A stretch of DNA of 64,000 nt from Monocercomonoides exilis PA203 (taxonomy: Eukaryota > Protista > Preaxostyla), in the NCBI GenBank assembly GCA_001643675.2, contig LSRY02000023.1, positions 558,001-622,000 of the forward strand. Reading direction: 5' to 3'. Positions 37,001 to 48,997 of this stretch are shown here, piece after piece. A program made the translations under genes and the position numbers. Within the stretch, counting starts at the first letter, position 1. Every line of letters starts with the position of its first letter. The notes beneath the pieces are model-generated. The model worked only from the letters and a program-made list of their open reading frames with translations, did not search any database and was not told where the DNA came from.

Positions 37001-39796
37001 CAGATGATGATGGCGTCATCGGGGATGGAGACTGTGAAGAAGTTGATATTCTCGTTTTCTTCTTCTTCCTCTTCTTCCAACAACAACAGCAGCAGCAGCA
37101 GCAACAACACCTCCACTCAACTGGCCACACTTCCAGCATCTCTTGTGCGCAAACCATATGCGCCCTCATCATCATCGCTTGACTTCGAGTCAGCGTCGTC
37201 CACATCATTGGTCTCGTCCTCCTCTTCGTTCCTCCCCCGGCCGCGCACAACATACATCCGCTACTCGCCGCACATCTCCCTGCACGCGCTGACGCACCGG
37301 GCAGACGGGAAGCTGATCTCAGCTGCGCTGCCCACACAGCACTTGCTGAACGAAGCGCTGTTCTCGCACTTTGTCTTTCCGCTGAGAATGCCCCTGGACC
37401 GGTCGAGCAAGACGAGCCCGTTTCATCTGCCGAGTGGGGAGTCGTTCAGCAACACGATCACTGTCACTCCATCAGTCACAGCCACGATCTCCCAGCCGAG
37501 CAGCTCCACCATCCTCCCTTCGATGCTGCTGTCACATGCACCGCAGGCTGCTCAGTCAACATCATCATCATCATCATCTTCTCCTTCTTCTTCTTCCTAT
37601 TCTGCTCCAAACACTCACACTTCAGCTTCCACTCCATCCTCATCTGCTCATCTGTCATCCAGCTCTTCTTCATCTGCTTTCACCACCCTCACATCCCCTC
37701 CTTCCCCTTCTTCCCCATCTGCTTCCTCTGCTTCGTCGTCAGCGCCAATCTCCTCAAAGGCGAAAGCCACCACAGCCATCCGTGTGGAGCATGCGATCCC
37801 GACAACCACACTCTCCGTGCGCAACTCGCATGCGCCGTCTGTTGTGCATTCGCGTGTGGTGTCAGCAGACTGCGGGAAGTTCTCGGGGAAGATTCTGCAC
37901 TTGCTGTCTCTGCCGCAGTCGCTCCCTCCGCACGAAATTGTGGGGCTTGTGGAGAGACACGTGGAGGAGGTGTGCGAAGTGAAGGCGCTGTTTGTGTGGA
38001 GTCCTGTTCGCACAGTGGCGTCGTTCAACTCGACAGAGAAGATCAAAGCAGAGCTGGGGAAGTATTCGCTGTCGCTGCACAACTCTGCGATGCAGCTGCT
38101 GAAGAAGGCAGTGACAGAAGCTGTGAGGGAGCAATATGCATCTTCATCTGCATCTGCATCTGTTTCTTCATCTGTGTCTTCATCTGCAGCACATCATTTG
38201 TCTCCTTCTGTTTCTGCACCTTCTTCATCTTCTTCATCTTCCTCTTCCTCTTCTTCCTCCTCAGCGCTTCCATCAGTCTCAGATGGAGTGAGGAAAGAGG
38301 ATGAGGCAGATGAAGTTGTGTCACACAGCCAGCATTGTTTGCAGGGAAGTCCATCTGAATCTTCAATCAACGGATCAGTTGGACAAGCAAGGAGCATTCT
38401 GAACGAAGCAACAGAATCAACTGCAGACAGTCATCTGACACCTGCTGCTGCTTCTTCTTCTTCTCCATCATCTGTTTTGCCAACACCCACATCATTGAAC
38501 ACTTCATATCCTTCCTCGTCACCTTCTTCTTCCTCTTCATCTGCTTCTTCTTCTTCTTCTCCAAGCACTTTTGTCTCTTCTCCTTCAACAATTGATGACA
38601 CCACCGACACTCCATCCACAACAGCCACGCCATTTCAGATGGAAGCAGCTCAAAGGAACCAGAACACAACTCCGCCTGTTCCACGAATTAATCTCTCATT
38701 TCAGCAGATCAATGACACCACTTCATCATCTTCGTTGAATGCAGCAGCATCTCCATCTTCATCTTCTTCAACTTCATCATCATCATCTTCTTCTTCTTCT
38801 TCTTCGATCTCTCGCACTCCCCCACAAAATGCACCCCGTGAGGCAGAAGTGCAGCGTCCTTCTATTTATCCAGTGGTGATTCTGCCCATTGCCGATCTTG
38901 TGATGCTATCTGCGCCGCTGTTTGCTCTGATGCAGCACAAGCCCGAAATCACGTTCCTGTTTGTGCCAGCATCCCGCTCGCAGACCGTTCTGCGTGTGTT
39001 TGCGCGGTTCTGCGATGCGCTGGCAAAGCCGGTCTTTCCGACGATTGCGGAGAATGAGCAGAAAGACGAGCAGAAGAGGAAGCGAAAGGAGGCGCGAGAA
39101 AAGCGGGTGAGGGAGGCGAAAAAGGCGAGACTTGCACAGAAGGCGAAGGAGAAAAGAGAGAGAAAGGAGAAAAAGGAGAAAAAGGATGCAAAAGAGTCAA
39201 AAGAGTCAAAGGAAAGGAAAGAACGAAAAGAGAAATACAAAATGGCAGGAAATGAGGCGAGCGAGAAAGCAGCACAGTTTGCGCCAGGATGTGAGGTGAG
39301 TGAAGGGCAGGCGCTGAGCGAGGGGTCTGAGGACTCGGCGGGGGGTGCAGATGACTACGAGGAGGAGGACTACTTCTTCATTGGGGATTTGGAGAGTGTG
39401 AGTGGAGAGTCGCAGGAGGAAGAGGCGGGGTCGACTGGAGCAGAGGAGCAGGAGGGCAAAGATTGTGCAATCAGCAGCGATTCGAGAAAAGGGCAGACGC
39501 AGCACGAGCAAAACGAGAAGCAGAGGCAGAAGATGATGATGAAGACGAAGCAGAAAGAGCAAGAGAAAAGAAAAGCGAAAAGCCAAAAAAGTGGAGAGGG
39601 TAATGTTTACAAAAAGGGGAAATTGGGAGCTGTGCCACTGAAGCAAAGCTCGATGCAGCAGACGCCGAAAAGGAGGACGCTGGTGCTGAACCGAAGAGTC
39701 GGGGCGTATCAGACGATCATGTCGATTGTGTCTATTCTTCAGTGCGAATACAGGATTCCTGTGTATGTTTTCAACCCACCTTCACTGGATGCTTAA
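10477..39796 (+). CDS. Giant (~9,700 aa) low-complexity protein with TPR-like helical blocks and a putative degenerate CHAT/separase-like C-terminal region; one apparent frameshift at ~17631
   Basis: Phase-consistent GT-AG model: exons 10477-10546, 10599-10658, 10739-10794, then 10857-39796 (MNERNALQQD...EWKVALAK|ENGDDLAESYARFNYG). The 2315-aa and 7373-aa ORFs join if one G is restored in (GGA)9-GA-(GGA)n at 17604-17660. TPR-like segments include LTRIARCLIELGDTENAKEVLDRA, LRYADVCIAVGKYPFALESFKAA and LARICASHEDYPQAIFFYTKL. The motif VFLVTSASLQVFPWEMVLQMPAVRAF is at ~33840-33920. Confidence 0.85.
13404..13511 (+). repeat. Perfect (GGAAGAGAA)x12 coding minisatellite, (Gly-Arg-Glu)12
   Basis: 108 bp directly visible, in frame within the giant gene. 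Confidence 0.95.
15570..15755 (+). repeat. (TCT/TCC/TCA)n microsatellite encoding 62 consecutive serines
   Basis: 186 bp of TCN codons; the longest of dozens of poly-Ser tracts in the gene. Confidence 0.95.
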
Positions 39797-40637
39797 GCCG
39801 TTGTCGGTTCATGGTCTTTATATGGGCAATTTGGAAAATAGCTTTTTCTGTATTTTCTTTTTTCTTTCACCTGTTTTTTGTTTTTGTGAGAATTCTCTTT
39901 TTTTTTTTTCATGTTCGATTGTTTGAAGTCAAATGTTGTTTTCAATTCAAAAAATAAAAATAAAAATAAAAAACATTTTCATTTTGGATGTATTATTGGA
40001 ATAACAATGGTTTTTTATTCTTTCAACAATCAATAAAAACACAATGGATATATTTTTGTTAGCACCCAGTTCTTCATCAGATCCGAAATGCTTTTCCCCT
40101 CCTATTGCTTCAAACAGAATGTTATAAACATATAAAGTGATGTTTTCACGAAAAAGGCATTATTGGAAGACTATTCATAAAATACTTTTGTCAATTATTC
40201 CTTTCAAGCATTTTCTGAATTTATTCAAGTTTCAAATTTTGATTAATGAATTGTTCGTATTTTCAAGAGGTTTTGATATTGAGTATTCTTCTTTCCATTA
40301 TTTCTTCACACTTTCTTTTTTTATTTTGAAAAAAAAAATATTTTTCAAATATTATTATTGTTTTTAAAGAAAAGAAATATATCCAAAATTTTGATTAAAG
40401 CTTTGTTCCCACTCAAGATATTTCAAATTTTCTGGAAAAAAAAACTTTGCAACATAGTTTTTCTTATTAAGGTGAAGTTTTGTGAGTGGAAATCGAAATT
40501 TGTTTTCTAATGTGCGTTTATTTCAGTTTCAAAGATTTGACAAAAATGATTTTTCAATGAAAATTACCCATATTTGAGAAATTTTTTTCATGAATTTGCT
40601 TTGCCTTTCCTCTTGATTTTTGTTGTTTTTTCACTTT
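34586..40637 (+). repeat. Right arm of the inverted duplication (3' 5.2 kb of the giant CDS, 3' UTR and flank)
   Basis: Reverse-complement match to 1-6589, lacking the 262-665 MITE. Confidence 0.97.
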
Positions 40638-42249
40638 AATAAAAATGTTTTCGAAAAGTGTAATTTGGTTGATTCATATCCTTCATTATCTTTTTCACGA
40701 GAACAACTATGTAACAAAGATAAATGAAAATGAAAAACGATAGATAATTCTTGAAAATGCAAAATATAATCCATGTGCAGATAACATTGTTTTTTTAATG
40801 TGTGCCATTTGAGTCAGCACTAATACAGATGAGTTCTTTTTATTTCATTAGAAAATCACAAAGTTTCATCAAAACAAAAATTTTCAATGGTTTTCAAAAA
40901 AGAAAACAAAAAATGATGATCATTCAAGAATATTGCTTCAAATGTCGTAATTATTATTATCATTATTATTTATATTCAACCTTATTCATTTGTTGATTTC
41001 AATTCGAAACAAATGATTTTGTGCAAAGGTTGAATTTCAGATGTTTCACATTTATCCATGATAACCAATAACGATCAAATATCCGTTTCTATCGGTTGAT
41101 TGTTTTTTTCACACAATGTGCAACGTTCAAAAAGTATCAAGTAAACAATAATTTCGAGATGTTCAATCGAAGTCTGAAGTTTAAGATTCTGATACTTTGC
41201 TTGAAATATGAATTGCTGCTTTTGACACTTTTCCACAACAAGCTGCGTTTGATATCTGAAATGTTAAACAAAACGACATGTTAGATTCAAAGCATTTTCA
41301 GATGTTATTGAACATTACAATTTTTGAGTGAAAATGAAAACTACACAAAACCATGTTTGCTTTCTTTCTTGAAAGAGAAACATGTGAGTTGAAAATCATT
41401 CAAGAAAATCATTCACAGCTCTGAAGAAAAATGAACCAAGAGTTGGGCGAATTAACTTCACAGAAATGCAGAGATTTAACACAAAACCATTGAAAGAAGC
41501 AATTTGTTTGGTTTCTGTCCAACAATAAAGCATTTTGATAAACAACTCGAGCCCACTTCTTTATCATGTGTGTCAGGATTCATTTCGAAGCACAAGCTCA
41601 AAGTTCTGTCTTTCTCGTTAATTCCAACTATCAAATTGAATTCAGCATTCATATCAAATATCAGAGCATGGTTCAATTTTATGTTCAACAAAGATGTCAA
41701 GATTTCAATCAACAAGCTTGAAATAATAAACGCAGACTGATGCAGCACTGATATTTATTCTGAACAAAAATCAACAATGATTGTTTGAAAAAAAACGTGC
41801 CCCTGCTTCCACCAAAGAATCCTCAAATAATCGTTATTCACTTATGACAACAATTGGACAATCTTGAATTGCACTTCCACAATTTATCATTGTTTCTGTT
41901 TTGAAAACTGTTCCTCTGGAACTTTTGGAATTCAAAAAAAGACTGGTCATGTGAAATTAACATCAATAATTCAGAAAGGATGGATATAAATACTTTCTGT
42001 TGCAATGATGTTCATTTCTGCTAATGGATAGCATTATCCATGTTGCTAAAAATTATTCCACTATATTCTCTTTTTTTCTAATACTTGGTTGTGATCCATA
42101 ACGCCTTTGCTCTCCATTGTTTGTTTTATTCACACAGTGTTTTATTTGGGTAATTATTTTTGAATCCAAATTTTTTCAATCAAAATTCTCGATCTGAGAA
42201 TTCACTTTGAAAATCGAAAAATAAACGTAAAAAAGTCAAAACTTCGTTA

Positions 42250-42746
42250 TAAGACGATTTTTTGATGAATATGGTCTCAGATATCGTTATTTTGAACAAT
42301 TATCATACTTTTTTTTCTTTTGAAATAATAATATCACTCCAAAGAAATTTAACTTTTGACATATATTAATACCCCGAAAAAAGTTATGATTTCAAAAATG
42401 ATCACACATTTTTGTGTTCTGTGAAACAGGAAATATGACTCAAATTATACAACCTTTTGATGATGGAATTGCTTGTCCTCTTCGAAACGCATTCAGAAAG
42501 CTGATGAGGAGAAGGAAAATTAAGTGGGTGGAGGAGCGCAATGATGGACAAAAAATGAAATCCGCTGACAGAAGAAAATTAATAGTTGAGCGTGAATATG
42601 ATTCAGAAAAAAGTAAAGCATCGTTATTGAACAAGGAGTTTTTATTCAGAAAGACAAAACTGAATCCAATCAATCCGGTGCACTCCTGGTTTTTTATACT
42701 TGTGTTTCTGATGATACGGAAAACGTTATGTGTCCAGAAAAAATAA
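42250..42746 (+). pseudogene. pogo/Tc5-type DDE_1 transposase remnant
   Basis: GNMTQIIQPFDDGIACPLRNAFRKLM matches the DDE_1 consensus PxNxTxxLQPLDxGIxxxLKxxYRK. FFDEYGLR upstream sits where the LLxDxxxxH motif is expected. The flanks are interrupted by stops. Confidence 0.6.
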
Positions 42747-43299
42747 AGACTGACAGATTTGAAGTTCCTTTCAAAAGGTTAACAAGTCCAAGTTTTGTTA
42801 TTTCACTACTGAAAATAAAAATGGAAAAAAGAATAAAATAAATGTATTTTACAAAGAAACGACAGAATCAGCCACTATGAATAAAAGAATAATTTTGAAC
42901 ACAAAAATACTACACAATGTGAATGCTTTTCTAAGGTTAAGTAGATAAAGGTTTTGATGATAATTTAAAAAGGAAAAACAAATGGATTGATTGAAATTTC
43001 AAAAAGCTTTGAACTTCGTGAAATCGTTCCAACATTTCAGCAATAATTGAGAAAACTCTTTTTTTTATTTATTTTCAAAAGGAATTTCACAATTATGAGA
43101 ATAAACAAGAAAATGTTTTTTGATAATTTAACGATTTTGAATTGAAAAGTGAAATGATTAATGGATATTTCTTTTGAAGTATTATTAATGGAGAATTCAT
43201 TGTTTCCTATTGGAAAAAGGAACTCTGCGAAAAGCCTTTTTCAATTGGCTCTGATGTTATACTCAAATCTTTCTATATATTGATATGCTAATAAATTGA

Positions 43300-45240
43300 A
43301 TGCGTTAACCAATTCAGAATTCTATGGAGAGGAAAATATTGGAATTTTCATTCATGTTTATTTCGAAGTTCTTTGAAACGTTTTCAGTTGCTTTTTGAGT
43401 AATTTTTCCATTTGATCCAATAATGATGACGTCAACTATTTCCTGGTCTTCATTCATGATGCTTTCGTATATTTCTTCTTCATCCGTTTGCATTGTTGTT
43501 ATTGAAGCATCATTTTTTCTGATGAATGCGATCGCAAAGAAAAAGCGTCTGTGCATATATCTTGATTCTTGCTGATTTGAGAGGAATTATCTGTGTATTC
43601 GTTGTCTTTGGCTTCCAGTTCTGATGTTGTAAATCCAACGATATCTTCAAAAATGGTTTCTTCAATTGATTCCTTATCTTTTTGATCATATTCTTAATCA
43701 TCTTTTTCCATTGATTCCAGAACTTCCAACAATGAAAGTTACGATGAAATACTTGGATTGTTGAGAAAGGATGAGATATCGATCTCTGAACTTGTTGGAT
43801 CTCATGTGCTGCCCATTGCACAAATAGCACCTTTTGTATCATCGAACTTCCCAAAGTATTTAAGTAATTTTCTTCACTTTCTGTTTTGGCTTCAGAATGA
43901 ATTGAACAGTTCAGTACAATTATTCCACAATTTGCTTCGTTGTGTATTTCTCGTCTTTATTTATATCGTCTCACTGCGTGCCAGGCAGCTCATTCCGCAG
44001 ATGCTGTACAGGGAATGATGTCTTTGCAGCTGAGTTTGTAACATTGAGCGAATGAGTCGAAGAAAAAAATGGGAAAAAAAGATTTTAATGGAAGGTGACT
44101 TTCTATTCTGAAAGGAGAGCGGATGATTGCTTGGTGGGAAGAAGCAGCGGATAATCGATCAAAACAAATGAAGGATCGACCTGAAAATGTGTTATTGAAG
44201 AAATTGCAGAAGGTGAGAAAGAGGAAGAAAATGAGAAAGTTTGCTCTGTTCAATGAATGAAAAGCAACAAAAGAGAATGAAAAACGCTGCATATGGAAGA
44301 AATGCTTTTTTCTTCTCGTTTGCTTGAGTGAAGAATCCGGATTGCTGTTGATAAACACTCGAATATTGAATATGGATGTCAGCCACTCTGTTCGTTCTGG
44401 TAAGACGGCAGCTGAATTATCGCATTTGTTCTTTTCATGTGAAGAGAACAATTTCTGTTGGTAAATGAGAGAGAAAATAATGGATTGTGTGTTTCCTTCA
44501 CTCATATCACAAAACATTCTTCGTTTCCATCTTCTGAATGTTATTTCCTGTCAGCTGAAGCCAATTGACTTTTGATGCCAAAGATGTTCGATAAAGCAGC
44601 AACGAATGTGTGAACATTTCTGATTGAAATAAACTTGAGAATGAGCTGAATTTTGTTGTTTCGCTGTTCGAGTTGACGTCCATAATATTTCTTTGCATAA
44701 CCATTGTTTTGATATTTTTTTGATAAATCTTTCAAAATTGTGATTGAAGCACTCAGCCTTGGTCTTCTTCATTTCAATAAATATTTCCTTTCCTTCTTTC
44801 TCAACAACTCTCCGATGTTTTTGCTCTTTTCATTTGTTTCAGCGAGCTTATTCTCATTTCTCAAACCTCCATGATTCATTGAGATTGCTTGAATGAAGCC
44901 AAAACAAAAAAAGAAGAAAAAAACAAAAAAATTAAAAGATACACAAAATCGGAAAACATCAAGCTCATTTTTATATGTTTTCAAGAACAATTCTCAGAAA
45001 CAATACACATATTTATCATTCCCAACCAAATAATTTTGACGGTATTTCTTCAATTTTAAAGAAAGAAATAAAAATTTCGATATTTATTTGTAACTTAATA
45101 GACATATAAGAAACAGAAAACGTGTCATTCTTTTCAGAAATCGCTTTGATCATTGGTTTTGCATTTATGACACATTGCACACTCTTGTTTCGAAAAAGCA
45201 TAGCAATTGGTGTTGAGGCCGTAACATTTTCAAAAAGTCT
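43300..45240 (-). pseudogene. Heavily decayed coding remnant, probably a hAT-family transposase with intron-like interruptions
   Basis: Motifs appear in hAT order across stops and frameshifts: FISIRNVHTFVAAL (CxxH region), LPSYQNEQSG*HPYSIFECL (TRWxS region), IIPCTASAE*AAW...RR (dimerisation-domain PxTSxxxERxFS), followed by an acidic tail. All are degenerate. Confidence 0.4.
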
Positions 45241-45361
45241 GAAAAAGAAAAAAAAATTAATTCATAGATATCACAAATGATATTTCAAAAAAATAAAAAT
45301 AATAACAAAAAAACATAAATACAATACAAACAATTAATTTATTTTTTCGTGTTGGTGAAGG

Positions 45362-45457
45362 ATTCGCAATGGAGCGAATCTACGAACTCAAGGAGCAGGT
45401 TTGCTCCTCAATAATGAGTATGGTACACGATTTATGGGTGGTTTGAGATCTAACTTC
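45362..45457. repeat. Left inverted terminal repeat of the DIRS-like element
   Basis: caggtttgctcctcaataatgagtatggtacacgatttatgggtggttt aligns to the reverse complement of the right end, caggttttctccgagatgatgagtattgcacacgattaatgggtggatt. Confidence 0.85.
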
Positions 45458-47389
45458 TCCAATACTCAAATTCAAAGTAGATTTAAATTGTCCGCAATAA
45501 AAAGGAAGCAACAGGCTGTTACAAAAAATACATAGACGGCGATGGAAAAGGTTTAGATCGATTTCTGAAACTGGTAAGAAAGGAAAATATTATAGAAGAA
45601 CTTACCAAGTTCTGACCTTGAAATACATCATCAGGAATGGAAGGAAGTGCACAGCCTATAAAGACGAATAGAGAGCCGCGCATAGTGAAAAGACAACACA
45701 AGAATAGAAGCAACAAATCACTGTGAGATTATCAATGGAAAGAGTGCAACGTTGCTCCGTGAAACAATTTTGGTAATTGAAACCACGAAAAATCGTGAAA
45801 CATTTTCATATAATTAAGATATGTATTTCAATATATTTTCAAGGAAAAGTAAACCACATAATATTTTGTTCATTTATCAGGAAAATGAGCCGTACATGCC
45901 ACGAGATATAGGAAAATTTAAAAATCTTTTGATATTACGAGAATAAAGGAAGATATATTCAAATATTGCAGAGAGATGATTATCGAGATAGAATCCACTT
46001 TTAATAAAGATACAATTTATTAAAATGAAGACATGCATTGTCAAGAGTTTATTTCAGAGAATGAAAAAACAGAAGAAAGAAAAATATTTACGCAGACTTA
46101 AAGTGAAAAAGAGCCGCATATTGCAGCGGAATAGTGATAAATAGATAATTTGCTAAATATTGAAGGATGATTATAAGGGAAAGGAATAGCGCGGTTCCGC
46201 AAGATATGGATAATTGAATCAACAAAACATATTCATTTTAAAATCGCAATCTAAGGATACTTATATTGCAGCTGAAAAATAATCAATAGAAATGAGGCTG
46301 TGCATATTCGAGAGTTTATCCCAAAGAATGAAATTACGAAAACAATAAAAATATATATACCGAACAAAGGAAGAAGAGCCGAGCATGGGGTCGAAATATA
46401 ACAAACATTGAAATAATAGAATATTGATAAAATTTTAAGGAAGAAGAGCCGCACCTTGCAGCGAGACCAAGAGAGGAGAGAGAGGAGAGAGAGAAGAGAG
46501 AACCGCGCTTCGCCGCGAGATGATAATAGAGATAGAAAACTCAGAAAATCGATAGACCTTTGCAAAGGAAATATAGACAAGCTGTGTTGCGATACAATAT
46601 CAAACTATAATAGTGAAATATCATTAATTTATTATTGGAAAGGATACTATTCATTACAAGAGAGATTATCATAGATGTGAAACCGCGAAATATAACGTGA
46701 CTGAGAGAGAAAAAAGATCCATGTATTGTCGCGAGATTATTGTGGAGTAATAAACCACTGAAGATCGAAAGAGTTAATATGAAGAGAGAGTTGAGTTTGC
46801 TGTGAGATAAGGAGAGAAAGATATTGAGAGAAATTGCGATTTGATAATACGAAAAGAAATAGCTTATCATCCTGAGATAGGTGCGTTCAAATAAACCGCT
46901 AAATATTGCGAGAAAATATGAAGAAGTGAAATTCGCGAATAATCGCAAGGAGAAGATAGAACAATAGACAGTGGATTGTGGCGAGAGGCGGACACAGAAA
47001 TAAGCCATATAGGAGGGAGTGATGAAACAAGGAGAAGACTCCGCTTATCTCAGCGAATATTCTGATCGATACTCTCAGCCGGACATAGAAAAAACGAGCC
47101 ATGCACTGAGAGTGGAAAAAGTCGCAGAGACATTTCAAACATTCGCACCGAGAAGACTTGATGTTATTGCAGACACGATTGCTCCGGTTCCCTGAAAAAC
47201 TTGTCTGCAATAACATCCCCTCTGATACGGAAGAGAAAGAAAGAATTGTTAATGAACGAGATTGAACTAGTCTGTTATTGAGAAACATTGGATTGAGCTC
47301 TAAAGAGGTTAGAAAGGAAGGAAGGAAATTACCCCCATAAGAATTCATAAGAACAAGACTGGAGAGGAGAACATCTAAGAAGTGACCTT

Positions 47390-48371
47390 TTTCAAACATG
47401 GGGAGATGATGTTGGAGCGAAGGATTTATCAGCAACAATATTGAGAAACCAAGAAAGTGAAAGAGATACGTGGAGAGCGCTTCGAAGATTAAAGCAATTC
47501 TTGGATAGAGAAAATGTGGATGATTCAAACTCCCTCACAACCAAAGATGCCAGGTGTATAATGGCACAATTTTTTGAAACTCTATCCAATACAAATGTTT
47601 CAAGTGGAGAGAAAAATAAAACTGAAAGAAAAGTGATTGAGTCAATATTCCTTTTCAGAGAAATAAAGACGAATGAGAATGATATTGATCATTTCTTTAA
47701 ACTTACGAGAGAGATTAGCAGAGAAGGTGCAAGCAATTTGAATCAATGTGGGATTTTTCAACTATCACAAAAGGTGAAGACACAACATATAACGCAACAG
47801 ACCCACATGCACTCCAGAGGAGAGCCCTCATCAACACTATGATCTTTGGAGCTTTAAGGCCAGCAAAGCTGGAAAGAATGAGAAGAGAGACAACGATATT
47901 CAAAGATAACTCTATTTAGACACAAGTACGAACCAAGACGTCGGGAGGTGAAGTTATCAAAGTTATAATAAATAAACATCCGAATCCACGGGTCGATGCA
48001 GTGGAAGCGCTTCAACGCTGGATGGACTATGCAAAGACAACTTTTTTAGACGAACATGTGTGGTTGGTAAAATAGAATGTCTGCCTGCAAGTGTGTAGAG
48101 AATAAAAGTAGAGTTAGAAGCTATGCAAAGAGAGTCTGAAAAACACGATTCTTTGACCACATTCTCGATTAGACATATTGTTATAATACATAAATCAAGA
48201 AGAATATGTTCGGATTGGAAAGAGATCAATGCAAAAGCGAGATGTGAACCGAGTTTAAGAGTGGAACAGGAATACTTTACAATTTCCGGTTTTCGACACG
48301 AAATTAATCCTGGAGACAACTGGATACCCAGGACCCCTAAGTGGAGAAGAAGAAAAGTTGGATACAAATAG
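47390..48371 (+). pseudogene. Tyrosine recombinase (DIRS YR) pseudogene
   Basis: FESMWDF...ALQRRALINTMIFGALRPAKLERM (box I Arg, ~47850), DAVEALQRWMDY, TTFSIRH (HxxR box, ~48165) and EINAKARC...QEYF (W/Y region). Broken by frameshifts and stops. Confidence 0.8.
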
Positions 48372-48902
48372 AGGAAGGAATGATATGAGTATCGAGCAAG
48401 CAAATATAGAGAAAAAAGATTGCAAAAAATTTTCAGAAGCTGGGTGAGAAGAAGAAATGAGAAAAGAGAAAGCGGTCAAAGAAATGAAACTTTAATCTTT
48501 GAGAAGAGAGAAAGCAAGGAGAAATAGCTTTGTCATAGAACTCATCATCCCGACCACCCTGGCGTCGGAGAACACCTCTCATTATTCTCAGCAGCGTTTG
48601 CGAGCTGACTGGAAGCAAACACACTGCCTCACAGAGAAAGAAGGCCACAGATTGGAGGAAGCAGGGTGTGAGCTGTTCAGGTTGGATGAAAAAGAACTCA
48701 GAAGAATCGAATTACTTGCTGAGAAGGACTCAGAATCACCTTGAGAAAGAAAGGGAGTGGAGCCAGGGGCCGCACCTTCATCCGCATGCTCTCAGTTCAT
48801 CCACCGCACGATGACGTGCTAGTCAGGAGGGTTTAAGATCATTATAAATAAATAAATAAATATAAAATTAAATAAGAATAAATATATTAAAGGGCTTTCA
48901 AG

Positions 48903-48997
48903 ACTCATTATTGAGGAGCAAACTGGCTCCTTGCGTTCGTAGATTCGCTCCATTGTGAATTGATGGAACGCAGTGAGACAGGTTTGCTCCGAGATAA
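48903..48997. repeat. Internal complementary region (ICR) of the DIRS-like element
   Basis: 48903-48960 is the reverse complement of 45362-45419 (4 mismatches in 58). The adjoining 48961-48997 is the reverse complement of 49613-49648. Together they spell the right-end/left-end circle junction. Confidence 0.88.

Noticed and set aside
1372-39646. Dozens of antisense and alternate-frame ORFs (poly-Glu, poly-Leu, poly-Lys/Arg) overlapping the giant gene and its duplicate
   Set aside because: They are shadows of TCT/TCC/GAA triplet repeats, which are stop-poor in other frames; there is no independent coding signal.
10857-39796. TAA/TAG=Gln code as in some other oxymonads
   Set aside because: There is no in-frame TAA/TAG in ~29 kb of Gln-rich CDS, and genes end in TAA or TAG at sensible positions.
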